DNA of 64,000 nucleotides from assembly GCA_043228905.1 (NCBI GenBank), contig JBHGNT010000002.1, forward strand, positions 12,772,001-12,836,000, written 5' to 3'. Below the pieces are notes generated by a model that made no database searches, was not told the DNA's origin, and saw only the letters and a list, made by a program, of their open reading frames with translations. Positions 37,701-50,955 of the stretch are shown in pieces (position 1 is the first letter of the stretch; each line of letters starts with the position of its first letter). The translations under genes were made by a program, and so were the position numbers. Origin of the DNA: Azolla caroliniana (taxonomy: Eukaryota; Plantae; Polypodiophyta).

Positions 37701-40700
37701 AATTCATGGATCGCGATTGTAAGCGACAACATCCTTTTTGCGTATTCTGTGAAAAGAAGGGTCATACAAAAGAGCAATGTCGAAAGCTCCAACGGAAAGA
37801 GCACGACAACAAAGCTAAAGTTGCAGACCATAAAGGTCAGATTCCTAATGTCCTTTAGGTCTATACACATCATTTAAGTAATTGTCAATGTTCTTTCACT
37901 CACTATGTATTGGGTCCCAATGATTTACTACGTGCAAACGGGTATATCAATGGATCTCTTGTACAATTTTTGTTTGATTCGGGAAGCTCACACAACTTTG
38001 TGAATTATCATTTGGTTCAGATATGGGGTATCCAACCCACCGTAAGTGATCACACCTATACGGTGCACTTGGCTGATGGAAGAGTACAATACATCAACGA
38101 GGCGATTCATTCATTAGGAATTTCTATTGATACTTATATAGAGGAAGTAGACTTCCATGTAATGAATCTTTGTACCACTGATGTAATACTGGGTTATCCC
38201 TGGTTCTATAATAAAAACTCTTCTTTATCTATCGATTGGGTTTATCATTCCATTTCCTTTGTACTGAACGATTGTACTAATTTTATTCAATGTGTAAAAA
38301 AACAATCCCTCTCGATTGTTTCCTCTCCATCAATATCCGAGTTGTCTTGTTCTACTCTATTTTATTGTGTACTTCCAGACATTCACGTTTACAATATCGA
38401 TAATGTCTTGATTCAATAAACATATTTTGAACAACAACTTGATGAAATCTTAAATGATTTTCGTGATGTTTTTCCGAGTGAACTACCAGATGGGTTACCT
38501 CCTAAACGTAATATAGACCATCGTATAGATATTGTACCTGCGTTGCACCAATAAGTATACCTCCTTATCGCTTAAGTCGATCCGAAGAGGATGAGGTATC
38601 TAAGCAACTCAAGGACTATTTACGAATGGGTTATATACGTTATAGTAAATCTCCATGAGGTGCACCAGTTCTCTTGGTTAAAAAGAAAGAGGGCACATGG
38701 CATATGTGTATTAATTACCGACGCTTGAATAAAGTGACGATCAAGAATTCGTATCCATTGCCCCGGGCTGACGATCTAATGGACCGTCTCCAGGGAGCTC
38801 GGTATTTTATGAAACTTGATCTCCGTACTGGCTACCATCAAATTCGTATAAGTGAGGACGATGTTCCAAAAACGGCATTTCGTACACGCTATGGCCATTA
38901 TGAGTTTTTGGTTATGCCTTTTGGTTTGACCGATGCTCCGGCTACATTTCAACAAGAAATGAATGACATTTTCCGAGAACAACTTGGAAAATTTGTCGTT
39001 ATTTTCTTGGATAATATTTTAGTTTATAGTTGTACATTACAAGAACATGTTAAACATGTCCGCTTTGTTTTACAAACATTGCGTGACAAACAGTTTTATG
39101 CGAAGATCTCAAAATGTGTGTTCTTTAAGAAATCAATTACTTATCTTGGACATCTCAATTACCGAATGAGGAGTTGAAATTGATCCTTCTCGCATCGAGA
39201 AAATCAAGCTTTGGCCCACTCTTCGGAACATTAGAGAAGTTCGATCATTCCTTGGTTTTGTCGGGTTTTTGCGAAAATCCCTTCGTAATTAATCCCAATT
39301 GATGATGTCGTTTACTGATATTCTAATAGGTCAAACGCGTAAGTCTACAAAACCTATTGTCTGGAATGTTACACTAGACCTCGCCTTTAAGGAACTCAAG
39401 GACCTAATGTGCAAGGCTCCTTCACTTCTTTTACCTGATCCATCAAAACCTTTTGAGGTTGAAACCGATGAAGGCGATTATGCTATAGATGCTATCTTAT
39501 ATCAAGATGGTAAACCAATAGCATTCGACAGTAAGAAACTTGATTCTGTTCAATGTCGGTATACCGTTCAAGAAAAGGAATTATTTGCAGTTATACATGC
39601 GCTCAAAACATGGCGCCATTATCTTTATGGAAATCGCTTTGTGGTAACTACGGACCACGAGTCCTTGAAATATTTTTGTGACCAACAAGACCTGAAAGGT
39701 CGTAAGGCACGATGGGCTAATCTCATCCAAGACTTTGATTTTTCCATACGATATCGTAAAGGTTCCATGAATACTATCACTGATGCACTAAGTCGCATCC
39801 GTGAAGTTAACATGCTTAGCTTCACTGAAATATCATCAGATCTTTATGATCACCTTCAAGGAAAGTATCCTGATGACAGTTATTTTGCAAAATACTGGGC
39901 AAGAGTTGAGTCTGGAACAGACACCACCACACCCTCGAAGGAATACTTCCACATTGCTAATGGTTTGCTCTACCGTAATGGGAAGATTTGGTTTCCAGAT
40001 TTGCCTAAGGTAAAAAAGAGAATCCTTTTTTAATGCCATGATGCACCCTCAGCAGGGCACCCTGGAATACATCGCACACTCGTTCTCATCTCCACTCAAT
40101 TCTATTGGCCTAAGATGCGCCTTGACATACATAGCTATGTTACTAAATGTCACCAATGTCAAGTTAACAAAGCCGAGCGACTTAAAGTCGCAAGACTTTT
40201 ACATCCCTTGGACATTCCCAATAATAAGTGGGAAAGTATATCCATGGATTTTATTGTTAGCCTTCCTCGCACCCAAAAAGCCCATGATGCCATCTGGGTT
40301 GTGGTTGATCGACTAACTAAAATGGCTAGATTTATTGCTACTAAAACCACGGTAAAAGCTCCTTAATTGGCTTACCAATTCGTTGATGAGTTATTTCGTT
40401 TTTATGGGTTACCAATGAATATCGTGAGTGATCGAGATTCAAAGTTTACTAGTGACTTCTGGGCGCAAGCATGAGTTCCACGGATCATCCTCAATCCGAT
40501 GGACAAACAGAACAAGTAAATCAAATTATTGAGGACATGCTTCAAACATATGTTGGTACAAAACCAACAAAATGGGAACATTATCTCCCAATTTTGGAGT
40601 TTGCTTATAACAACTCCAAGCATACGTCGACGGGATATAGTCCTTTTATGTTGATGTATGGTTTTCAGCCACGAGCCCCGATTGATGTTAATATACATCA

Positions 40701-41741
40701 TGATGAGTTGCGAAATACGCAAAACTTTCTTCGGGATATGCAAGATATGTTGCATATTGCACGAGATAATATAAAAACAACTCAAGATAGAGCGCGTTTT
40801 TATGCCGATCCTCATAGGCAACCTCATGTATTCAACCCTGGACAAAAGGTATTTTTACGTGTACCTCACAATTCTAAGACATTGTCTAAGGATAAGTGCA
40901 CTAAGTTAGCCCCACAGTTTTGTGGACCTTTTATAGTCCTCAAACGCATTGGGTCATCAGCCTATCGTCTCGCTCTTCCCGAAGGTGTTGAAATTGATCT
41001 AGTCTTTCATGTAAGTCATCTAAAAGAACTTCTAGGTTCTGGCCACAATACAGTTACAACTGAAACTTTGGTTACTTCTGAAGAATTATCTTCTAAACCA
41101 CATGTACCAGAAAGAATTCTCGATGTTAAAACAAAAAAATTACGTACTAAAGAAGTCCGAGAATTTAAAATAAAATGGATGGATAAATCAATAAAAGATG
41201 CCACATGGGAACGCGAAAATACTCTCAGAACTAACTTCCCTAACTTTCCATTGCAAGAGTGCAAGGTTTTAAAGAGGGGAAGTATGTTATGGGCATGACC
41301 ATATAATATCCCGTGGTGAGAATTTACCGTAGTATTCTATACACGTGGATAAGTGTGAGGGTTAAATGAGAGTGTAAAGAAGGAGAGGATTACTTTTAAT
41401 CCTCGGGATTGAGACAACCCATTAGGCCAAGTGTGAACTTGCCTAGGGGCCTTGGGTATCGCTATAAATAAGAGGCCTAGCTACCCTCATTTGATCATCT
41501 TGTTGACTACGTCGAGACTCTATCTTGTGGAGGGTCAACTCTTGTAGCGAGCGCGCCAGCACCAAGTACGACTCGACGCCACGGTGGTGGTATGGGACGC
41601 CGATCGAGGCTCGAGTCTGTGTCGATCCCTTCACTCGGGGGTGGTCAGGTGGATCGGCACCCTTCTTTCCCTCTCTCCTTTCTATATATCTATCGATATT
41701 CTATCCTTATATAATGCTTACATTAGTCTATGTCTCTAACA
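34782..41741 (+). mobile_element. Ty3/Gypsy chromovirus I, full structure, degenerate
   Basis: 457-bp LTRs 34782-35238 and 41285-41741; TSD CATGA; Met PBS 35241-35252; PPT ~41271-41284. Gag CCHC, FDSGSSHNF protease, RT, RH, IN and a C-terminal chromodomain are present. Confidence 0.96.
36903..41298 (+). pseudogene. gag-pol pseudogene of chromovirus I
   Basis: ORF fragments 36813-37409, 37406-37858, 37910-38419, 38674-39177, 39299-40033, 40115-40366 and 40471-41298. Confidence 0.9.
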
Positions 41742-42527
41742 CATGAAGCCTATGAGACATTCGAGTTTTTTAAGACTGATTTAGAGAAAGCAACATTGGT
41801 TGTTGCGATGGAGAGCAAAGTCATTTTGGTTGTTACAACAATCAGAAATAAGATTCAGGTACCTATTGTTTTGCTAGTATGTAATATGTTATAAATAACT
41901 TGTACATGAAAATGTGCTACTGAGGCATTATCTCGAACAGGTTGCTCAACATGAGCTTGAAATTGAGGGGTCACTGGATCCCCAACGGAAAATTCAACTG
42001 CAGACAGAGATCCAGGTTCTTTTAATGAACCTAGATCTTCTAGGTGTAAATACTATCACAGATTACAATTTGGACAAGCTACAAGTAAGTTAATGATTTT
42101 TGTTTCTTGTTGTTGTATCTTCCTCATTAAGGAATAATTAATCAGTAAATTTCTTGGTTGCGTTGAAGGAACAATACTCCCGTCAAGAATAGGTAGTTAG
42201 CTACCTTAAGAAGCAGCTACATTTTGCAGAGGGGATGGTAAGGAGCAAACAAGATTTGGACCTGAACATTCTTGCTCCTTTACCAAATGAAGGAGAACCA
42301 AGAAACGATATATTAACTATTCAAGCACGTTGCATCGCTTGTGGATTGCGTGTAGAGGACAAATCTGCTACTATGTTGGTTCACCTATAACCATGCCAAC
42401 ATACATACCATATCGTTTGTTTTCAATATGCTTGTCACATTGTTGCATTCTGTTTGGGGGATTATAGTACAACTCTCCCAAATGAGTGGAGAAAACTAAT
42501 AGGTAAAATTGTTGTTTGTGACCATAG

Positions 42528-43680
42528 TGTAGCTAATTAGTTCCATCTTTGCTAATTAGGTAAGTTGTATAAAGTGTGGAAACTATTTAGTTGTTATGGT
42601 TGTACTGTAGTAGCTAATTAGCTAGCATGTAGTTAATTAGCTAAGTGGTAGCTAATTAGCTATTACCATACTTTAGCTAAGTGATAGCCAATTAGCTACT
42701 ACCATAATTTAGTACAGTAGCTAATTAGCTAAGTGGTAGCTAATTAGCTACTACCATAGTTTAGTTGAGTAACTAAGTAGCTAAGTGGTAGCTAATTAGC
42801 TACTACCATAGTTGAATACAACATCTAATTATCTACTACCACAATTTAGTTGAGTAACTAATTAGCTAAGTGGTAGCTAATTAGCTACTACCATACTTTA
42901 GCTTAGTAGCTAATTAGCTAAGTGGTAGGTAATTAGCTACTACCATAGTTTAGTAGAGTAGTTAATTAGCTAAGTGGTAGGTAATTAGCTACTACCATAG
43001 ATTAGTATAGTAGCTAATTACCATACTTTAGTTGAGTAGCTAATTAGCTACTACCATAGTTTAGTACAATAGCTAATTAGCTAAGTAGTAGCTAATTAAC
43101 TACTACCATACTTCAACTGAGTAGCTAATTAGCTAAGTGGAAGCTAATTAACTACTACCATAGTTTAGTATAGTAGCTAATTAGCTACTACCATAGTTTA
43201 ATACAATAGCTAGCTAATTAGCTACTACCAAAGTTTAGTACAGTAGCTAATTAGACTACCATACGTTAGCTGAGTAGCCAATTAGCTAAGTGGTAGCTAA
43301 TTAGCTACTACCATAGTTTAATACAATAGCTAATTAGCTAAATGGTAGCTAATTAGCAACTACCATAGTTTAATACAATAGCTAATTAGCTAAATGGTAG
43401 CTAATTAGCTACTACCATAGTTTAGTACAGTAGCTAATTAGCTACTACCGTAGTTTAGTACAATAGTTATTCTAGTAGGGCATTAGCAATTCTTGTAGTT
43501 AATTAGCTATAGCCATAAGCAACTAATTAGCTATTGTTATAGGCAGCTAATTAGCTATTGTGGTAGCTAAATAGTTATGAATGGCAACTAATTAGCTATT
43601 GTCGTAGCTAAATAGCTATGAATGGTAGCTAATTAGCTATTCGGGTATGGTCATATTTGGAGGTAGCTAATAAGCGAACT
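42528..43680. repeat. Tandem array built on the palindrome AGCTAATTAGCT
   Basis: Dozens of perfect or near-perfect copies in units of ~33 and ~51 bp (42600-43470), with a second ~42-bp subtype (43490-43680). Confidence 0.97.
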
Positions 43681-43726
43681 AACTAAGCTCAAAAGTCAAA
43701 ACAAATGTTGAGATAAATGTAAATAC

Positions 43727-44488
43727 CTGAGGTACATCAAGAAGATGAATGGGATGCTCCTCGTATTGACTCCTTCCGACACGTTTCCTACGTAAATCCT
43801 TCTTATTGGGTGAAACCCTACTCTCATTAGTCCAAAATATTGTGATTATATCCTTGATTTCTGATGTTATGGGTTTCATTGACTTACATCTTATTGTTAG
43901 CTTTAGCTTTCTAGTTCCTTCACCCGAGGAAACTATCCGGTTCAATGTATTGTACACACTTTTTCTACTAACAACAATTACCTTAGATAGTACACTGATG
44001 TTAATATCGTCAACATCACTATTATGTAACATCATTAGACTAGACCTTTTTAAGACAAGATCATTTTCTGACCTGCTCATGGATACGAAACTATTACGGA
44101 GATTATTTACTAGTACAGATGTTATGTTTGCATTAAGACCATCACAATTAACTAACTCCTTTATCAATGGATCATTTAATATTCCATAAAGTACTACCTT
44201 CTTGTCTTCATTGCTGATGTGCTTGGTTTAAACATTGAAATAGTCTACAACCTTTCTCTCTATGATAGTAGTCTCATTACTTCCATTCTTAGTGATATTT
44301 CGACCTATATCGCAACCAATACTATCTTTACCTTTAGTGAGTGTGGCTTTCGTATCCTTCAACAATTGACGATGTTTTCTTACTTTTTCTGCCCAATACT
44401 TTCGTATTGCTTGTTCTGTCTTGATAGCGTCATCCCTATCCTGATGATCATTTAGGGGTAATTTTAAATACCCTCCTTCCCCTTCCAT
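43727..44488 (-). pseudogene. First coding exon of a putative DNA transposase (N-terminal part only)
   Basis: ORFs 44228-44488 and 43679-44167 form one frame with a single stop. It has an HTH-like ISVLSKVIVVSRKSVYN segment and the motif FWTNESRVSPNKKD. It ends at splice donor CAG|GTATTT and lies inside the TIR pair. No catalytic domain is visible. Confidence 0.6.
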
Positions 44489-44679
44489 TTGGCTTGACGG
44501 GTTTAAACCCTAATTTTCTCAAAAAAAGATACGTATTAAAGATGGCTATGGGCAACAACAATACACAAAAATATTCTGCAATACAAAAGATTATACACAA
44601 CAATACACAAGATAATCAATAGACAGAATAGTTATTCAAATTCAAGACCGAACAATGGCTATAATCCAGGGCTGAATAG

Positions 44680-45770
44680 TAGAGGCAACTAAGTGTGAAA
44701 TGGCAGTAGTGGAGGAGTGATGACAACTAAGAGTAGAATGGCAGCAGTGGAGAAGGAATGAACTCCTTCGGATCGAAAAGTGGCAGCAATATACGACCTT
44801 CACAGTAGTGGCAACTAAGTGTGGAGTGGCGCCAGGCAATGGAGGATTGAACTCCATTGGATCGAACAATGGTAGATGATACTTGGACCACACAGTGCCG
44901 GTGTCGTGAAGATTTCCGGCTACGGTGAGAAACTCAAGTAGGACAAATAAAATGGGGATGTGCAACATTGCACATTCACTTGTAAATTTGTATAATGAGA
45001 ATAAGATAACAAAATGTAAGGGGAAGGGTAATAATCAAAGGTGCTAAAGGTGCACCATGAGGTTTGTAGAGGCATAAAGGTAATGTGCACTTTGTAGACT
45101 AGAGGAAAGTACATGAAGAATGGGTGTAGGAAGTAGTGGGCATTGAGTGTGAATGTGAGAGGAGAGAGAGTTAAAGGCCCACCGATTTAAGATAAAGGAA
45201 AAATATTCACCATTGAAAGAAGGGGATTTGACCTCTCCTTTTGTAATGTGCCTCACTCCTTACTACTATAAAAGGGAGTGAGAGGTCTCTTGTGAAGGGG
45301 TTGCCTATTTTGAGTGAGAAAGGTATACCACTTAGGTCGAGGGGTTCTATTCGGTTTTAAGGGTTTCTTGTAGGGTTTTCTTCTTGGGTTTCTTTTAGGG
45401 TTTCTAGGCTTCTTTGTTTACTTATCCGGTTAGGGTTTTCTTGTAGTCGTTTTGGGTGCGGCCTAAGCTGCATTGGTTGTAATCTTTTGTGAAATCTTAA
45501 TATAATAGGTTGATGTTTCTTGTCTTGTGGGTGTATCTTGCCTCCATCTATTCTATTCTATGTTTATGTGCTATTATTCCTCTTCTCCTCTTGAGCTAAG
45601 CTTCCATTTTGTGTCTTATTCCTTCTCCTCTACTCCCTAGTCCAAGACCCCCGTGGCCCCGCCTCGAACCCTACACGTACTCGCAGAATACCGCGACACC
45701 GGTAATTGAGTGTAGAATGGCGGCAATGGAGGAGTGGACTCAATAGGGTTTAGCAACAGTGGTAGTAATC
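44680..45770. repeat. Degenerate subterminal tandem repeats (GCAACTAAGTGTRGARTGGC core, about 4 copies) interrupted by a solo LTR
   Basis: Copies near 44684, 44723, 44810 and 45701. Confidence 0.65.
44902..45698 (+). mobile_element. Solo LTR related to the Gypsy L family
   Basis: Starts TGTCGTGAAGATTT as does the L 3' LTR, ends CGACA, has CTATAAAA at ~45266 and a 4-bp TSD CCGG. Confidence 0.85.
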
Positions 45771-45977
45771 TAAGCCAGAATACTCAACCAGAGATGGCCC
45801 ACGTGATGTGGCAAAGGATCATGCATAATGGACCTAGGAATTCGGTATATAATTTATGGTGCACATATCAATTTATGTTGCACATTTATGGTGCTCATTT
45901 ATACAATTCAAACTCTATACTATTTTCAATGGTAGCTTTTTGCATAGCTAATTGTTTCCACTTGCATGCTTTCACCC

Positions 45978-46267
45978 AATACCCTGTCTTCTAAAATGGT
46001 AGATGCTTGACCTTCCAGTATTATTTCCTTCTCCATATGCATATATGTCTCTAGAGTGTGTCCGACTGTGATATCCCCCACTAGCATTGCCACCTTCTTG
46101 GCTCCTTCCGGCCTTATCCTCGTTTGCTTATCACCTCCCACTCTAACAATTTCCGAGACACAACTATATTGCCCGCATGATGGTTGCCAATTGATTACCA
46201 GCCAACTCTCTGTCCTCTCCCAAACTCTACTCAGCACTATGTTTCTTCTTATTAAGATTAATAAATC
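45978..46267 (-). pseudogene. Family K ORF remnant
   Basis: Continues the sequence cut at 17437 and is paralogous to 50976-51217. Confidence 0.65.
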
Positions 46268-46439
46268 TGTTGGGTCTATCCACTCAAGTGGAGCCCATGA
46301 CATGGAGTTGGCTGAGAGCCCGCTACCAACTCAGTGTCGAATCGGTTGGGTACTGATTTGGGCTAAGCATTGATTCAACTGAACGTCGAATCGGCTCAGA
46401 GCTAAAGAAAGGATAAAGTTATATTTGTTTATAACTATG

Positions 46440-46475
<36 letters not shown>

Positions 46476-49400
46476 TTTAGTATGTGTCCTTTTTTCTTCT
46501 TGTGTGTGTGTGTGCCTTTTCGTATGTTTATCTGTGAATGTGATATGAAAAGAGGAGATGTTACCCCAAAAAGGTTGATAAAAAGAAGGTATAGACAAAA
46601 AAATGGGCTGTGAGAAAATTGAGAGACAAACAAAGAAAAACTGCACATGAGTGAACAGAACTAAGGCTAAAAAACAAAGATTTGAGAAGGAGAGGTGTGA
46701 GAGAGAACACAACAAAGCTTCTACAAGAAAACAGAAACAAGTAAGAGAGCTCGAGAAAGGGGTGATCAAGAGTGAGAACTCGTTGCAAGAGTGAAGACGG
46801 AGATCTAGCGAGGTGTTGTCTAGACTACCCAAAGAGCCACAACAACTCTTCTGTCCACTTGTAACAGGTTTATTTGTTTTGTGTTTTTTTGGTTTTTTTC
46901 TATTGTTTATCCCATCCGGTAGGGTGAATATTGTAACCATGGATGTAGCCGTGAAATATATCTGCATACCTCTAGTGTAAGCTCTAAAGGCTATCAACAC
47001 CTTATATACTCGAAAAATAGTGAATCTGTTTCGGAACCTAAGGTTCCCGTGGTTTTTCCGATTTTTGGGTTTCCACGTTAAATTTCGGCCTACTCTCATT
47101 TTGTCTTGTGGTTTCGTCTATTTGGAAACTTGTGTTGGTAGTGTAAATCATCTCGATATGGAGCCAGATTCCTAACAAGTGATATGGATGAATCATTAGG
47201 CGGGATGATTAAGTTGACCAGGCCCTACTACTCCATTTGTAAATCCAAAATGAGAGACATGTTGGTGTGTAAGGACATGTGGTTGCTCGTACGACATGGT
47301 ACAAGCAAACCCGAGAACATAGATGCATCAACTTGGGAAGCAATGCATCTAAAAACAGCATCATACATACGTTGATTTATAGACATGAGTCTATATAACA
47401 ATTTCGATGATGAAACCAAAGCACACGAATTATGGGGGAAAATCGAAACCATGTTTCAGACCAAAAACGCCTTAAATAGAGTCTTTGTGTTTAAAAAACT
47501 TGTAAGACTTCGATATCAAGATGGCTCTAGTATGGTAGAGCATCTAAACACATTTCAAGGACTAATAAGTCAAATCATCTCTCTAGATATACCTCTAGCA
47601 AATGAGGTGTTGACCTTGTTATTGTTAGGCTCTCTCCCAGATAGTTGGGAAACCCTTGTTGTGACGCTTGGGACTGCAACACAACAAAAGGAGCTAACAT
47701 TGGACATGCTTAAGTCAAGTCTTCTACATGAAGAAGCACGACGAAAGGAGCATGAGTCCAACTTTGACCATAAAGTGCTAGTCATAGAAAACAACTCCTC
47801 TAGAGGAAGAAGCCATGCTAAGGGTCCACAAAATCATAGAAATAATTCTAAGGGGAGGTCTAAATATAGAGGTAGAAAAGACTTCAAGAAAGATTTTTCA
47901 TGTCGTTATTGTGGTGGTCCAAACCATTATGATAGAGACTGTTGGATGAAAAAGAAAGACCAAAAGAAAGGAACCACCGACAATAAGAGCAATGACCCCA
48001 CTGCAACCACTTGTGATGGCAACATTGTCATTGCCTGTGATGATGCGTGTGTTAGCTTAGCATGCCAACAAACTGATTGGATTATTGATTCGAGAGCCTC
48101 GTATCACATTACTCCATATCGCGAGATGTTCACGTCATATGCCAGTGGTGACTTTGGCAAAGTCAAAATGGCTAACCACGGCATAATAGAGGTTGTTGGC
48201 ATAGGAAATATAATTCTAGCCATGGACACGGGTTGCAAACTAGTATTAAATGATGTTAGGCATGTATCGGACATTCGACTGAATATTATTTCAGCCGGTA
48301 AACTTGATGATGAGGGTTACACAAATTCGTTTGGTGAAGGAAAATGGAAGCTCATCAAAGGCTCGCTAGTATGAGTAAGATGCCTAAAACAAAATTCCCT
48401 CTATGTAATGCATGATATGGTGTCCGGTGGAGAGGTGAATGTAGCCGATAAGGAAGTCCCTATTGAATTGTGGCACAGGAGACTTGGGCACATGAGTCAA
48501 AAAGGACTCGAGGTGCTAGCTAGAAAGAACATCCTACCTAAGAGAAGAGGTGCACTTGGAGACTTGTGTTCATTGCTTGGCCGACAGACAACATAGAGTC
48601 GCTTTTCAACATTTTCCCCCAAAAAGAAAATCTCAGCCACTAGAATTGGTGCACACTGACTTGTGTTATATGAAAGATAAGTCTCTAGGGGGGGCACTGT
48701 ACTTTGCCACATTTATTGATGACTTCTCAAGGAAATTGCGGTGCTTTGCATTGAGGACTAAAGATCAAGTCTGTGAGATCTTTAAAAACTTCCATGTAAG
48801 TGTGGAAAGGGAAACTGGGAGAAAACTTAAATGTATCTGTGCGGATAACGAGGGTGAGTATCGAGGACAATTTGAACAATATTGTCGTGAGCATGGAATC
48901 CGGCTTGAGAGGAGTGTCCCCAAAACACCTCAGCACAATGGCGTGGCTGAGAGGATGAATAGGACAATTTGTGAGCGGATACGATGCATGTTATCCCACT
49001 CAAAATTGCCGAAATCTTTTTGGGGTGAAGCAATGAGGATTGTCGTTGACCTCATAAATCTGTCCCCATCAGTCCCTTTGGATGGTGATGTACTCGAGAG
49101 GGTGTGGAAAGGTAAGGAGGTGTCATACAAAAATTTAAGAGTCTTTGGTTGCAAGGCTTATGTCCACATCCCAAAAGATGAAAGATCCAAGCTTGATGAA
49201 AAATGCAAGCCATGCATATTTTTAGGATATGGCCATGAGGAATTCGGCTATAAACTTTATGATCCAGTAGAGAAGAAGGCCATTAGAAGCACAGATGTGG
49301 TATTCCTTGAGGATCATACCTTGCAAGAACTGGAGCTGATGGAGATGCCAAAGATCACCCCTGATCCTACGATCACCAACAATCCAACTCCTGCCTAGGA

Positions 49401-50955
49401 CATACAAGGTCAAGGGGGAGACATAGAGGACTATCAGGATACAATTGATGATGTAGTTGATGATGCTCCTGATGAGGATAATGAACAAGATCATCAAACC
49501 CTAGGTGACCAAACTGATGATGTTTCAGCCGCTCCATCGGAAGTGGGAAGGGTGAGAAGGTCTATAAGACAAAGATAACCTTCAACTAGATACAATCCAC
49601 ATGAGTATGTATTGCTTAGAGATGGAGGAGAGCCATAGAGCTTTCGAGAAGCTATGGCACATGATCATAAGGAAAAATGTCTTGAGACGCTATGGCACAA
49701 CACAGGCTGAATATATTGCTGCCATAGAGGCCAATAAGGAATTGCTATGGCTGAAGAAATTCCTACAAGAGTTGGGACTAATGCAAGAAAAGTACATTTT
49801 GTATTGTGACAGCCAAAGTGCCATACATTTAAACAAAAAGCCGTCCTTCCACTCTAAGTCAAAACACATAGATGTTAGGTACCATTGGCTTAGAGATATG
49901 CTTGAAGAAAAACAGATGCACATTGAAAAGATTCACGCCAATAAGAATGGCTCCGACATGATGACAAAATGTTTGTCATGAGAGAAGCTTGAAGTTTGCA
50001 AACAAAAAGCAAACCTAGTTGTGCCCACACTTGAGATGGAGGGGGAGAATTGTTGGGTCTATCCACTCAAGTGGAGCCCATGACATGGAGTTGGTTGAGA
50101 GCAAGCTACCAACTTAGTGTCGAATCGGCTGGGTACCGATTCGGGCTGAGCGTTGATTCGGCTGAACGCAGAATCGGCTCAGAGCTAAAGAAAGGAAAAA
50201 GTTATATTTGTTTTTAACTATATATATATACGTTTTTTATGTGTCCTTTTTTCTTCTTGTGTGTTTGTGTGCCTTTTCGTATATTTATGTGTGAATGTAG
50301 ATACGAAAAGAGGAGACCTTACCCCAAAAAGGCTGATAAAAAGAAGGTATAGACAGAAAAACGGGCTGAGAGAAAACTGAGAGACAGACAGAGAAAACAG
50401 AGCACATTACAAAGAAAAATTGCACATGAGTCAACAAAACTAAGGCTGAAAAACAGAGATTTGAGAAGGAGAGGTGTGTGAGAAAACACAACAAAGCTTC
50501 TACAAGAAAACAGAAACAAGTGAGAGAGCACAAGAAAGGGGTGATCGAGAGCGAGAACTCGTTGCAAGGGTGAAGACGAAGATCTAGCGAGGTGTTGTTT
50601 GGACTACCCAAAGAGTCACATCAACTCTTCTATCCACTTGTAATAGGTTTATTTGTTCTGTGTTTTTTTGGTTTTTTTCTGTTGTTTATCCCATCCGGTA
50701 GAGTGAATATTGTAACCAAGGCTTAGCCTTGAAATATATTTGCATACCTGTAGTGTAAGCTCTAGAGGCTATCAACACCTTGTATACTCAGAAAATAGTG
50801 AATCTATTTCGGAACCTAAGGTTCCCGTGGTTTTTCCCATTTTGGGTTTTCCACGTTAAATTTCAGCGTCGTCTCATTTTGTCTTGTGGTTTCGTCTATT
50901 TGGAAACTTGTGTTGATAGTGTAAATCATCTTGACTCGGAGCCATATTCCTAACA
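46268..50955 (+). mobile_element. Ty1/Copia element J; RT deleted, PBS eroded, no TSD
   Basis: LTRs 46268-47177 and 50051-50955; PPT 50039-50050; gag-PR 47184-48374; IN 48408-49398; jump to RNase H at ~49690. Confidence 0.93.

Larger units (their letters stand above)
33833..42502 (+). pseudogene. Spliced transposon-borne pseudogene: unknown N-terminal domain, helical region and RING-H2-like zinc finger; split by element I
   Basis: Exons 33833-33894, 34214-34781 plus 41747-41858, 41941-42084 and 42169-42502, with GT-AG introns whose phases keep the frame. The last exon encodes CIAC...PCQHTYHIVC...FC. It has three in-frame stops and one frameshift near 34600. Confidence 0.72.
17438..45977 (-). 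mobile_element. TIR DNA transposon (Sola2-like by inference), about 5 kb of native sequence expanded by nested retroelements
   Basis: 25-bp TIRs at 17438-17462 and 45953-45977 (23/25 match); GGG...CCC termini; flanks AGTA/AATA. Host K sequence resumes on both sides. It contains a transposase-like exon at 43727-44488. Confidence 0.8.

Noticed and set aside
42528-43680. Palindromic repeat array as a CRISPR array
   Set aside because: The intervening sequences are themselves repeated rather than unique spacers, there are no cas genes, and the context is eukaryotic and intron-containing.
46331-47099. Hydrophobic ORFs as an env-like or membrane protein
   Set aside because: They lie inside the J LTRs and come from T-rich simple sequence; the frames differ between the two LTR copies.
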